A program made the translations under genes and the position numbers. From IMG/VR virus record IMGVR_UViG_3300012971_000065, positions 1-29,577 of that record: a stretch of DNA of 29,577 bases. One strand, written 5' to 3'. The stretch is from a virus. Lineage: Duplodnaviria; Caudoviricetes. Position 1 is the stretch's first letter. Each line of letters opens with the position of its first letter. Shown here piece by piece: positions 16,433 through 25,160 of the stretch. The notes beneath the pieces were generated by a model, which saw only the letters and a list, made by a program, of their open reading frames with translations, ran no database searches and had not been told where the DNA came from.

Positions 16433-17888
16433 GCCACAAAGGCAGCGTTCCTTCGATCAGGAAGACTGCTATTACCTGGGTGAATATTATTGCGCCAAGG
16501 CGCGGGAGAACTTCTGGACTTTCCGCTCGATGGTGCGCCCCGGGCTTATTAAAGCGTGGTGGCAACGCGACCTAGCCGAGCGGCTAACGCTGTTCTGGCG
16601 CGACTTTCGTCTGGGCAAGCGGCCGAAGATGGTGCTCGGTGCTCCGCCGCAGCACGGCAAGTCCGAGACCATGAAAGACTTCGCGTGTTGGGTAGCGGGC
16701 AAGGATCCGTCGCTTAAAATACTATTTGCCAGCTACGCCGATGAGCTCGGGATCTCCGCCAATCTGCATATGCAGCGCACCATGGCGACTGACACCTATC
16801 GCGCGATCTTCCCGCGCACGGTGCTCGCCGGCGAGGGTGCCGATGATGCTGATCGCTCGCGCCGTACTACGACGTTCCTTGAATTTGTCGGCAAGGGAGG
16901 CTCGTTCCGCAACACCACGGTGGATGGCAAGATCAACGGCTTCGGCCTTGACATCGGCATTATCGATGATCCGATCAAAGGTCGGGCCGAGGCGCAATCC
17001 AAGCCAATCAGGGACAAAACATGGAACTGGCTGGCGGATGATTTTTTCAACCGCTTTTCCGATAGCGCCGGCATGGTCATGATCCAAACGAGGTGGCATG
17101 TCGATGATCCGACCGGGCGTTGGATCGAGCGTTTCCCCGAGACGCAAGTGCTGAAATACATGGCGATCGCCGAGCGCGACACCCGCTACCGCAAGACCGG
17201 CATGCCGTTATTTCCGCAGCATAAATCTCTGGAATTCCTAATGGAGCGCCGCCGGGCGCTTTCGGAGGCGAGCTGGCAGAGCTTGTACCAGCAGCACCCG
17301 ATCGTGGTCGGTGGCGGAATACTGCCAATTGAGAAGATCACCACGCTGGACTTACTCGACCGTGAGAAGATTGCGCGCACGGTGCGGTTCTGGGACAAGG
17401 CCGGGACCGAGGACGGTGGCGCCTATACGGCCGGCGTGTTGATGCATGCGATGCGCGACAAGACTTATGTGATCGAACATGTGGTGCGAGGCCAATGGTC
17501 GGCGCTCGAGCGCGAGGATCACATTCTAAGTTGGGCGCGCTTGGACAAGGCCAATTGCCGCGGGTATCGCTATGAGGTCGGTGTCGAGCAGGAGCCGGGC
17601 TCCGGCGGCAAAGAGAGCGCCGAGGCGACGATCCGCAACCTCGCCGGCTTTAACGCCTTTGCCGACAAGGTGACGGGCAGCAAGGAGGCGCGCGCCGATC
17701 CTTTCGCGGCTCAGGTCCAAGGCGGCAACGTCAAGCTGGTTGCCGGCACCTGGCATTATTCGCTGCTTGATGAGATGGAGAGCTTTCCGCAGGGCAAGTA
17801 TCGGGACCAGGTCGATGCTTGCTCCGGCGCATTCAACCGCCTGATCCTTGGCTCTACGCATCAGACGGTAGGAGCCTGGTCGAGATGA
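16401..17888 (+). CDS. terL: Terminase large subunit
   Basis: PPQHGKS (Walker A), IIDDPIKG (Walker B), QTRWH, LYQQHP; nuclease domain WDKA...EQEPGSGGK...DQVDACS. Confidence 0.95.
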   Translation: MQLLTTASPAEPQRQRSFDQEDCYYLGEYYCAKARENFWTFRSMVRPGLIKAWWQRDLAERLTLFWRDFRLGKRPKMVLGAPPQHGKSETMKDFACWVAGKDPSLKILFASYADELGISANLHMQRTMATDTYRAIFPRTVLAGEGADDADRSRRTTTFLEFVGKGGSFRNTTVDGKINGFGLDIGIIDDPIKGRAEAQSKPIRDKTWNWLADDFFNRFSDSAGMVMIQTRWHVDDPTGRWIERFPETQVLKYMAIAERDTRYRKTGMPLFPQHKSLEFLMERRRALSEASWQSLYQQHPIVVGGGILPIEKITTLDLLDREKIARTVRFWDKAGTEDGGAYTAGVLMHAMRDKTYVIEHVVRGQWSALEREDHILSWARLDKANCRGYRYEVGVEQEPGSGGKESAEATIRNLAGFNAFADKVTGSKEARADPFAAQVQGGNVKLVAGTWHYSLLDEMESFPQGKYRDQVDACSGAFNRLILGSTHQTVGAWSR

Positions 17889-18241
17889 ATGACAAGCTGT
17901 CGGTGCCGTGGCTGAGCCAGAGCGAATGGAATTGGCTCGTTGCCATGGTGCTGCGGATTGATCAGCGCACGAGTCGGATTTCAAACACGCTTGGCATCAT
18001 GGAGAAAAATATGAGCGCTTTGGACGATGCGATCGCTTCGTTGACGACCCAGGTTTCCGCCAACACCGATGCGGAGCAAAGCGCGGTCCAGCTCATTCAG
18101 CAGTTGGCGCGCATGATCGGTGACAACGCCACTGATCCGGCGGCGGTTTCTGCTTTGGCCGATAAGCTCAAGGCGAGCGCCGAGGCATTGGCTGCGGCGG
18201 TGACGGCGAACACGCCTACGGCGACCCCAGCCACGACGTAA
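17885..18241 (+). CDS. Ala-rich coiled-coil phage protein (second in-frame start at 18011)
   Basis: 'LTTQVSANTDAEQSAVQLI...DPAAVSALADKLKASAEALAAAVTANTP'; GGAG before ATG 18011. Confidence 0.7.
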   Translation: MNDKLSVPWLSQSEWNWLVAMVLRIDQRTSRISNTLGIMEKNMSALDDAIASLTTQVSANTDAEQSAVQLIQQLARMIGDNATDPAAVSALADKLKASAEALAAAVTANTPTATPATT

Positions 18242-18269
18242 CACGCTAAAGCATAAGGAGTTTGTGCCA

Positions 18270-18464
18270 ATGGCTAAGCCTGCGCCAATGTTTATGCTCG
18301 TGGTTGCCGTTTCCGATTGGGTGAACCGTGTCATCGGCCCTTTCGATGATGCCGAGGCCGCACGGCAGAAGGCCGATGCCACTCTGAACACTCGTTACGT
18401 CATCGTCGAGGTTGAGCCGCCGGAGGCACTTGATCCGCCGGAGCCTGTCCAGCCGGCGGTATAG
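18270..18464 (+). CDS. Small 'GPF' motif protein, copy 1
   Basis: AAGGAG RBS; 'VIGPFDDAEAA'. Confidence 0.65.
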   Translation: MAKPAPMFMLVVAVSDWVNRVIGPFDDAEAARQKADATLNTRYVIVEVEPPEALDPPEPVQPAV

Positions 18465-18468
18465 CCGC

Positions 18469-19959
18469 GTGGTCAATGTCGTCAAAAAGGTGCTGCAGTT
18501 CCCGGCCAGGATTGGCGATGATTTCACCAATTTTCTGAAAGGCTTCGGGCAGCCCGGCCGCGACGTTACCCTGGCGCACCGTGCCTGGTTCGAGCATCCG
18601 CTTGATCCTGGCGAACTGCAGGCGTTCTACCGCGACAATTGGCTAGCGCGGAAGATTTGCGATCTGCCGGCATTCGATACCACGCGCGCCTGGCGGCATT
18701 GGCACGCCGAAGACGATCAAATTCAGAAGATCGAGAAGTGCGAGCGCGAGCTCAACCTGCAGAAGCGGCTGTTCGATGCTATGCGCAAGGCGCGGCTCTA
18801 TGGCGGTGCTGCGCTAATCATGGGGATCGAGGGTCAGAAGTTTGAGAATGAGCTCGACGTCGAGGCGGTCAGTGAGGGCGATCTTAAATTCGTGCATGTG
18901 GTGTCGCGCTGGATGCTGGCTGCCGGGCCGCGTATTCGCGACGTGACATCGCCCTGGTTCCTCGAGCCGAACTATTACGTACGGAGCAACATGGCGGTGC
19001 CTCCGCCGATCGGGGGCGTCCAGCCGATCGAGCAAAGCTCGTTGGGGCACGAGGAGGGTGCGCCGCTTTACATCCATCCGAGCCGCGTGGTGCGGCTCAT
19101 TGGCCTCGACTATCCGGACGAGGATTTGGCGCCTGATCCGTGGGGTGATAGTGCCCTGCAGCCTGTGCACCGCGCCATCCGCCGCGCTGATCTGGTCGAT
19201 GCCTCGGTGGCGCAGATGATCTCCGAAGCCAAGGTCGATGTCATTAAGGTCAAGGATTTGAGCGAGCTGATGTCTACCGACAACGGCACGGAGCAATTGC
19301 AGACCCGGTTCCGCAATGCCAATGCAACGAAGTCAGTCGTCAATGCGCTCTTGCTCGGGCTCGAGGAAGAGTTCGAAACGCGGCAGTTGCAGCTCTCCGG
19401 GCTGCAAGATGTCATGAACATGTTCATGCTGCTGGTTGCCGGCGGCGCCGATATTCCAGCGACGCGGCTGTTCGGGCGCGAGCCTGCCGGCATGAATGCC
19501 ACCGGAGCATCGGACATTAGAAACTATTACGATCGCCTGGCCGCTGATCAGAAGGTTAGGCTGATGCCGCTGTTGTCGCGGCTCGATGAAGTGCTGATCC
19601 GCTCAGCGCTCGGCGACCGGCCAGAGGAAATCTACTATTTGTGGGCGCCGCTCTGGCAATTGGACGATGTCGAGAAAGCCGATCTGCAGCTCAAGAAGGC
19701 GCAGGCGTTCAAGATCGACGTTGATGCCGGGCTCATCAATCCCGACGCGCTGCGTGATGGGCGGGTGAACCAGTTGGTGGAAGATGAGGTTTACCCGGGG
19801 CTCGAGGCGGCCATCGAAGAACATGGCACGGAGCCGGAGGAAGATCCGTTTGATCAGGAGCATGCCGAGCTTGATCTCAGCATGAAGCAGCAGCAGTTGG
19901 AGAACATGAAACAGGTTCCGCCGCCCAATAAGCGCCTGCCGCCAGGATTAAACGAGTAA
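18469..19959 (+). CDS. Portal protein (DUF1073 family)
   Basis: Position after TerL; 'YRDNWLARKICDLPA', 'ARLYGGA', 'IHPSRV', 'ADIPATRLFGREPAGMNATGASDIRNYYD'. Confidence 0.92.
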   Translation: MVNVVKKVLQFPARIGDDFTNFLKGFGQPGRDVTLAHRAWFEHPLDPGELQAFYRDNWLARKICDLPAFDTTRAWRHWHAEDDQIQKIEKCERELNLQKRLFDAMRKARLYGGAALIMGIEGQKFENELDVEAVSEGDLKFVHVVSRWMLAAGPRIRDVTSPWFLEPNYYVRSNMAVPPPIGGVQPIEQSSLGHEEGAPLYIHPSRVVRLIGLDYPDEDLAPDPWGDSALQPVHRAIRRADLVDASVAQMISEAKVDVIKVKDLSELMSTDNGTEQLQTRFRNANATKSVVNALLLGLEEEFETRQLQLSGLQDVMNMFMLLVAGGADIPATRLFGREPAGMNATGASDIRNYYDRLAADQKVRLMPLLSRLDEVLIRSALGDRPEEIYYLWAPLWQLDDVEKADLQLKKAQAFKIDVDAGLINPDALRDGRVNQLVEDEVYPGLEAAIEEHGTEPEEDPFDQEHAELDLSMKQQQLENMKQVPPPNKRLPPGLNE

Positions 19960-20267
19960 TGGCACACGAGAATCCGGTACGCCGCCAATGGTGGCGCAAG
20001 TTCAAGCATGGTGCTGCGCCGGTGGTAACCTCGCCGGCAGCACGGACGGTAGTGACACCGGTGCCGCCGCAGGCGATGGTGCAGGTGGAGGCGCGCAGCG
20101 GCAAGATCAAGCTGTCGATGTACTCGAGTGTCCGCAAGCTACGCCGAGCGATGAACCGCGGGCATGTTCCCGATGATCGGCAGGTGATCATTGACACGGC
20201 GGTTGCCACAGCGGCACGGCGCGCGCATGTCTATCGCAACGCTCACGCTCGACGCGCTGCGCACTAA
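19959..20267 (+). CDS. Basic hypothetical protein
   Basis: TAATG-coupled to the portal stop. Confidence 0.5.
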   Translation: MAHENPVRRQWWRKFKHGAAPVVTSPAARTVVTPVPPQAMVQVEARSGKIKLSMYSSVRKLRRAMNRGHVPDDRQVIIDTAVATAARRAHVYRNAHARRAAH

Positions 20268-21732
20268 GCGGGCGTTCGATCCGACCAATACGATCGGATT
20301 GCGGCGAGCCTTCCAGGCTGCTGCACAGCTGCGGCTGCGCCAATTGCGGGCCGCGATGCGCGTTGCGGTAGTCGATCATGACGTGCTGGCGCTCGGTGGT
20401 AGCGAGGCGGTTATGGCCTACCATCCCACCGACGTGCGGCTGCGCGCCTTCAATGCGTGGCTGGATTCAACGGCGCGCGCCATCTTTGCGGCGCACGATT
20501 GGTTGCGCTCATGGGTAGAGAAAGCCTGGGCAAGCGGCGTGCGGGCTGCGGCGGCGGAGGTGGGGCTTCCGGCGGCACCGCTGCGGCGCGATCACGAGCA
20601 CCTGGTCCAGCTGGCGCGGATCGAGCTCGACGGCATCATCGCCGCGCTCGTGCAGCGGGTTAGCCGTGAAGCGGAATTGATCGTCGCGCTTTCTAACATT
20701 CCGCGCTCGCGGGCATTTTGGCGCCTCGGCATGGTCTTCGATGAGATCGGTAAAGCGCGCGTTTCCATGCTTGCCGAGACAATCACGGTCAAGGCGCACA
20801 ACGCTGCCAAGCTGGAAATGTATGGCGCTATCGGGGTCGAGCAGGTCGGGATCACGCCGGAACGTCTATTGGTGCCGTTGCACCGCGATACGATGGTGTT
20901 CGATGCACGCCGGCGCAAGCGCCATAGGCGCGGCTATGGCCTCGAAGAGCTCGTAGGTGTGCTAACGGCCGGCGATGACAAGGTCTGCCAGCGCTGCCAG
21001 GACATGGCCGAGGACGCGCCGTATACGCTCGACGAGGCGAGGGATTTGATCCCACGCCATCCGCGCTGCCGCTGCGCTGTGTTCCCCTGGCGTGATCCGC
21101 GCTTTAAGGGCGAGGACACGGCTGATGCGCGCGGTCGATATATCCGTGGTAGAGGCGGCCGCTTCGCGGGCAGCGAGCCAGGCTCGCATGAAGAAAAGCC
21201 TTCACGTTTAGTAAAGATTGCTAGGCCGCCGAGCGAGGATGTGAGTAGCGTCGCGGCTGCCAGTTTTGAATTTTCTAAGGTGCTCGGTAATCGAACGATG
21301 TCATTGAGCGAACTAAGGGCTGGTGTTTCACAGGGAGACGATCCGCATCGGGTCATCGAATTAGTGAATGCCATCAAAGCTGAGGGCGGGTATTTCAGCC
21401 GGCCGATTGTCGATCAGCACGGCAATGTGCTGGAAGGTCAGCATCGGGTATTGGCAGCGCATCGGATGGGTGAGACGGCTGTTCCGGTGGTTGTAATTAA
21501 AGATTTAGCGCATGGGCAGCCGGTCGATGAGATGCGAGCGGCGATCAAGGGTGTGCATCCCGATCAAGCGCATCAACTGATGCAGTATGCGCTTGAAGCG
21601 ATCGACGAAAGCGGTAGTGCCGTTAAAGCACTTGAAGAGTTCGGGGCACCCCAAGGCTTTGAGTCGCAATGGAATGCGGCGCTAAAGGCGGCAATGCCTG
21701 CAATGGATGTCGGAGGTCGAAATGAATTATGA
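20227..21732 (+). CDS. Head morphogenesis (MuF/SPP1 gp7-like) protein with C-terminal ParB/Srx-like domain
   Basis: 'AETITVKAHN', 'TAGDDKVCQRC', 'IPRHPRCRC'; then 'PIVDQHGNVLEGQHRVLAAHRMGETAVPVVV'. Confidence 0.8.
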   Translation: MSIATLTLDALRTKRAFDPTNTIGLRRAFQAAAQLRLRQLRAAMRVAVVDHDVLALGGSEAVMAYHPTDVRLRAFNAWLDSTARAIFAAHDWLRSWVEKAWASGVRAAAAEVGLPAAPLRRDHEHLVQLARIELDGIIAALVQRVSREAELIVALSNIPRSRAFWRLGMVFDEIGKARVSMLAETITVKAHNAAKLEMYGAIGVEQVGITPERLLVPLHRDTMVFDARRRKRHRRGYGLEELVGVLTAGDDKVCQRCQDMAEDAPYTLDEARDLIPRHPRCRCAVFPWRDPRFKGEDTADARGRYIRGRGGRFAGSEPGSHEEKPSRLVKIARPPSEDVSSVAAASFEFSKVLGNRTMSLSELRAGVSQGDDPHRVIELVNAIKAEGGYFSRPIVDQHGNVLEGQHRVLAAHRMGETAVPVVVIKDLAHGQPVDEMRAAIKGVHPDQAHQLMQYALEAIDESGSAVKALEEFGAPQGFESQWNAALKAAMPAMDVGGRNEL

Positions 21733-21904
21733 GTACAAAGTGATCGAGGAACGCCTCGGCTCGCCGCAGGAGTTCGAGGCTGAGCTGAACAAGCAGGCGG
21801 GTGATGGCTGGGAGTATGTGAACGTGAGCACGATCGGGCCGATCCCTGGTCGCTGGATCGTGTTTCGCCGGCCGAAGACCGGCGTTGGCCACGGCGGATT
21901 GTAG
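21722..21904 (+). CDS. DUF4177-like small protein
   Basis: 'YEYKVI...EAELNKQAGDGWEYV...IVFRRP'; GGAGG RBS. Confidence 0.75.
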   Translation: MNYEYKVIEERLGSPQEFEAELNKQAGDGWEYVNVSTIGPIPGRWIVFRRPKTGVGHGGL

Positions 21905-21913
21905 GAGGCACAT

Positions 21914-22069
21914 ATGCGCACGACATTGTTGTTGGCGTTGGCGGCGTTCTTGTTCTCTGCGGTCGCCGCTGAAGGGCGCGTTCGCTGCAAGTCGTCCGAG
22001 ACTGGCAAATACGTGTCGCACGCCTATGCCAAGAAATATCCCGGCCTTACGCACTGCTCTTCGAAATAG
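21914..22069 (+). CDS. Small secreted protein (51 aa; not in the ORF track)
   Basis: AGGAGG RBS; MRTTLLLALAAFLFSAVAAEG-RVRCKSSETGKYVSHAYAKKYPGLTHCSSK. Confidence 0.7.
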   Translation: MRTTLLLALAAFLFSAVAAEGRVRCKSSETGKYVSHAYAKKYPGLTHCSSK

Positions 22070-22076
22070 TTAAAGC

Positions 22077-22235
22077 ATGGTTGTTCTGATCTTTTCCGTC
22101 TACACAGACGAGGGTGTGGTTTGCGTTGGCCCGTTCGAAACCGAGGAAGAGGCCGAGGCATATGCAGCGGAGATCGGACGGAAGCCGAAGAACATTGTTG
22201 AACTCTGGTCACCCGAGGATTTCCGGCGCCCATGA
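22077..22235 (+). CDS. Small 'GPF' motif protein, copy 2 (52 aa; not in the ORF track)
   Basis: MVVLIFSVYTDEGVVCVGPFETEEEAEAYAAEIG... Confidence 0.65.
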   Translation: MVVLIFSVYTDEGVVCVGPFETEEEAEAYAAEIGRKPKNIVELWSPEDFRRP

Positions 22236-22405
22236 TCACGATTTGGTTGTTGGTGTTGGTGTGCATAGCTCCGGATTGCGAGCAAAAGCGTCACGATATT
22301 ATTGGTTTGTACACGACGCTGGATGAGTGTTGGGAGGCGGCGAAAAGGGAACAGCGTGCGGCGGTGTGCGTTCAGGGCATAATCCAGGACAGGAGAAAGA
22401 TATGA
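22232..22405 (+). CDS. Small Cys-containing protein, YebW/DUF1482-like (57 aa; not in the ORF track)
   Basis: MITIWLLVLVCIAPDC...GLYTTLDECWEAA...AVC; ATGA-coupled on both sides. Confidence 0.6.
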   Translation: MITIWLLVLVCIAPDCEQKRHDIIGLYTTLDECWEAAKREQRAAVCVQGIIQDRRKI

Positions 22406-22620
22406 TTTCGGCTCTGATCACCATCATCGTTGCGCTGATTATTATTGGCGTGATCTGGTGGGCCATTCAGCAGCTGTTGCCATTGATTCCGCTGCCAGAA
22501 CCGTTTCGCCGCATCATCTACGTGCTCATGGTCGTAGTCTTGGTGCTCATCGTGGTTTACGTCATCGTCTACCTGCTCGGTTCGATTGGCGGAATAACTT
22601 TGCCGCACTGGCTAAGATGA
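22402..22620 (+). CDS. Two-TM membrane protein
   Basis: AGGAG RBS; two very hydrophobic helices around 'LIPLPEPFRRII'. Confidence 0.75.
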   Translation: MISALITIIVALIIIGVIWWAIQQLLPLIPLPEPFRRIIYVLMVVVLVLIVVYVIVYLLGSIGGITLPHWLR

Positions 22621-22624
22621 TTGA

Positions 22625-22711
22625 ATGTTCGATCCGCACGGTAACATCAGGATCATGGTGGGGATGGCGTTGCTGATCATCGCTCTGATGATGTGGTGGT
22701 TTTGGGGATGA
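22625..22711 (+). CDS. Single-TM peptide (28 aa; not in the ORF track)
   Basis: MFDPHGNIRIMVGMALLIIALMMWWFWG; stop overlaps the next ATG. Confidence 0.4.
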   Translation: MFDPHGNIRIMVGMALLIIALMMWWFWG

Positions 22712-23211
22712 CTTTAGCACCATGGTGCAGCAATGAGACTTGGACCTATTGGCGCGCTGATGGCACGCCGCAAACTGATCCCGAGGGCTGCACGTTTGCC
22801 AAGGTGACGGGGCGCAACCGCTGCCCCGCCGAGATCAGGCGCGGACTGTTCTGGTGGGCTAAGAATTCATACGAGCAAACCCCGGCTGACGCGCCATGGT
22901 GGATGACCGGTGCTCCAGAATGGTTGCGTCAGCTTGGTTGGGCGGCAAGGAATCCGGCGCAGAATTTGCGCATGTTCATCTGGGGCTGTGCCGATCGCAA
23001 CTATACTGTGCAGGTCATTGAAGGGCATTTGAATCCGCTGGTGATCCAGCGCGACGATGTCGGCGAGATCGGCTACCAGCGTTGCCGATTGATCTACTTC
23101 GAGGATGGTTCGGCACACCGCGATTTTGCCAGTTATTCCGGGCCGCACCTGGTGTGGCAACGCGGGTGTCAACCCAATGGCTTCTATGGAATCAAGCTCT
23201 ACCCACGATGA
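22708..23211 (+). CDS. Trp-rich hypothetical protein (WxxRNPxxN motif)
   Basis: ATGA-coupled; 'WAARNPAQNL'. Confidence 0.65.
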   Translation: MTLAPWCSNETWTYWRADGTPQTDPEGCTFAKVTGRNRCPAEIRRGLFWWAKNSYEQTPADAPWWMTGAPEWLRQLGWAARNPAQNLRMFIWGCADRNYTVQVIEGHLNPLVIQRDDVGEIGYQRCRLIYFEDGSAHRDFASYSGPHLVWQRGCQPNGFYGIKLYPR

Positions 23212-23594
23212 TACTAGCCGATGGCAGTGAAGTGCTTCCTGGCTTGTGGATCGGCACCACGACGACCTGCGATGTCGCTCGGGCCGAGGGGCTATTCTGC
23301 TTGTGCGTGCTCGAGCAGAAGCATGACGCGGAAGGTTGTCACCACTTTCGCATCTTGGATGACAACGGTCGCGCTGTGATTGATCGTGTTATGGGTGCCG
23401 GTCGCTTCATCGATTGGAACTGGAGCAATACGAAAGGAATCTTGGTGCATTGCGGTGCCGGGGCCGAGCGCTCGCCGTTGGTGGTAGCGATGTGGATGTG
23501 TAAGCGGTTCACGATGGACCTTGATGAGGCTTATGCGTGGTTGAGACGGCAGCGGCCGCAAGTGGAGGATCGCAGGAGCTGGTTGATTGGTTGA
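23208..23594 (+). CDS. Dual-specificity (Cys-based) phosphatase
   Basis: 'EVLPGLWIG', 'ILVHCGAGAERS' (HCX5R), 'EAYAWLRRQRP'. Confidence 0.88.
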   Translation: MILADGSEVLPGLWIGTTTTCDVARAEGLFCLCVLEQKHDAEGCHHFRILDDNGRAVIDRVMGAGRFIDWNWSNTKGILVHCGAGAERSPLVVAMWMCKRFTMDLDEAYAWLRRQRPQVEDRRSWLIG

Positions 23595-23599
23595 GATGA

Positions 23600-23836
23600 T
23601 TACAGAGAATAAAAGACGGCGAACTCAGTACGGTATTTCTGCCAGCGTTGGCCCTCAATCAGAGCATCAACTTGGGCGCGATGTATTTCTGCGCCACCGG
23701 GGACGCCGCGCATGCCGATGATGTTATTGTGGCCGCGCTCGCGTTTCTTACGCTTGCGATAAACGAATTCGAAGGGCGGGCCGATGCGGGCGCTGATGGC
23801 ATCAAGCTCTTGTTCGGTAAGAACGTCGCGGATCAT
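23600..23836 (-). CDS. Possible antisense-oriented hypothetical protein
   Basis: 78-aa ORF that fills the gap between two + strand genes without overlapping them. Confidence 0.4.
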   Translation of the reverse strand: MIRDVLTEQELDAISARIGPPFEFVYRKRKKRERGHNNIIGMRGVPGGAEIHRAQVDALIEGQRWQKYRTEFAVFYSL

Positions 23837-23872
23837 ATTGAAACACCATTTGGCTCGCGGGTGATTTTAACG

Positions 23873-24199
23873 ATGTCAGATGCGGAAGAAAATTGCGGAA
23901 AGTGTCGATTCTATGTGGATGGTTTGTGCCGTCGCCGAGCGCCGCACAGTCCAGTTGAGCATATATTTGCGGCGGTTTCGATGCTGCAGGCGATAGCCAT
24001 TTGCACGATAGGGTTGACTAGGCACTTCACGATGCCGCCGAAAGATGGCGAAAGGGTTTTTCCTGATGATATAGCGACGATTGACGACAATGTGTTCAAG
24101 GAGATGACCGAGTTATACGAACCGGACAAGTGGCCGGAAGTACTCGAGACTGATTGGTGCGGCGAATTCGAAAGGGCGCCACCAGAAAAACGCGAATGA
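23873..24199 (+). CDS. Cys-containing phage protein (CxxC...CRR..P...WP...DWCGEF family)
   Basis: 'NCGKCRFY...CRRRAP...WPEVLETDWCGEF'. Confidence 0.7.
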   Translation: MSDAEENCGKCRFYVDGLCRRRAPHSPVEHIFAAVSMLQAIAICTIGLTRHFTMPPKDGERVFPDDIATIDDNVFKEMTELYEPDKWPEVLETDWCGEFERAPPEKRE

Positions 24200-24314
24200 T
24201 GTGAGATCCCTGCTCGTCCCAACCCTCCCCACATCCGGCCCGAGCGGGGTATAGGCGATGAGGGATTGCTGGTAGCTCGGCATCCCTCATCTGCATCGCA
24301 AACAAGGCAGGCGC

Positions 24315-24542
24315 ATGGCCGAAGATCACGTCCGCGAGCTAGCACGGCATTTGTTGAACCTCGGTGCTGGGTATAAAGCTCCCGACTTGTTGTTGGCGCT
24401 GGCGATAGCCGCGAGCTACTGCATCAGCCGCGCGCCACAGGAAAGGAGGCAAGCGATCTTCGACGTCTTTTGCGGAAACGTGGCGGAAATCGTGTGGCCG
24501 GAGGATAGTGAAGATGGCGAAGAGGTATGTCCTGGTCTATGA
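24315..24542 (+). CDS. Hypothetical protein
   Basis: 75-aa ORF in operon orientation. Confidence 0.55.
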   Translation: MAEDHVRELARHLLNLGAGYKAPDLLLALAIAASYCISRAPQERRQAIFDVFCGNVAEIVWPEDSEDGEEVCPGL

Positions 24543-24693
24543 ACGGGCGCTCGAGAGCGTATTTTGCATCGGCCCGTTCGATAGCATTGAGGACGCCGAG
24601 GATTACGCGCATGGGCACCACGACTTCCCGCAGGTGTGGCGGCACGCCGAGCTGCACGAGCCGGAAGAAGAGCTTGGGCCGGAGACGGCATGA
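24514..24693 (+). CDS. Small 'GPF' motif protein, copy 3
   Basis: GGAGG RBS; 'VFCIGPFDSIEDAEDYA'. Confidence 0.7.
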   Translation: MAKRYVLVYERALESVFCIGPFDSIEDAEDYAHGHHDFPQVWRHAELHEPEEELGPETA

Positions 24694-24947
24694 CCGACCC
24701 GCAGGTTCCGAAACACTTCATCATTGCTCCGTGGATAGCGACGGCTTCCGACGTCAATAGCGGATTGGGCCAGGTTGGCGCGGCGTATTCGGTGGTGTAC
24801 GGCAATCTCGAGGATGCCAAGGCACAGGCGCGCGCGCAGGCGGCGCAACAGCCAGGCAACGTGTGGGTCGTATATGCCGCGCTTTGGTACGCCTACACGG
24901 ATGAAACACCGGTCAATTTGCGGCACGTGGTTGGGGCGAATCTATGA
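24690..24947 (+). CDS. Hypothetical protein
   Basis: GGAG RBS, ATGA-coupled. Confidence 0.65.
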   Translation: MTDPQVPKHFIIAPWIATASDVNSGLGQVGAAYSVVYGNLEDAKAQARAQAAQQPGNVWVVYAALWYAYTDETPVNLRHVVGANL

Positions 24948-24956
24948 GGTTGTCCG

Positions 24957-25160
24957 ATGGCGCATGACAAGCCGCTCAAAACCGAGCCGATACGGCTCGT
25001 GCAGGTGGCGCAAGACGCTATCGCCGCCGAGCGCGAGCGCTGCTTGAATTTGGTAACGAGGACGATGCGGCACCGCGCCGGCATAAGCGCGGAGCACACG
25101 GCGGGCTGGAACGCCGCTTGCCGGGCGCTCGAGTTGGCGATCAAGCAAGGCCGTCCGTGA
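24957..25160 (+). CDS. Hypothetical protein ('AIAAERERC' family)
   Basis: GAGG RBS; 'DAIAAERERC'. Confidence 0.6.
   Translation: MAHDKPLKTEPIRLVQVAQDAIAAERERCLNLVTRTMRHRAGISAEHTAGWNAACRALELAIKQGRP

Noticed and set aside
18469-19959. Anti-CBASS Acb1 call sometimes attached to DUF1073 proteins
   Set aside because: No C-terminal 2H phosphoesterase (paired HxT) domain is visible; position and motifs indicate a plain portal.
22402-22620. Holin call for the two-TM protein
   Set aside because: No endolysin or spanin nearby and no diagnostic feature; left as a membrane protein.
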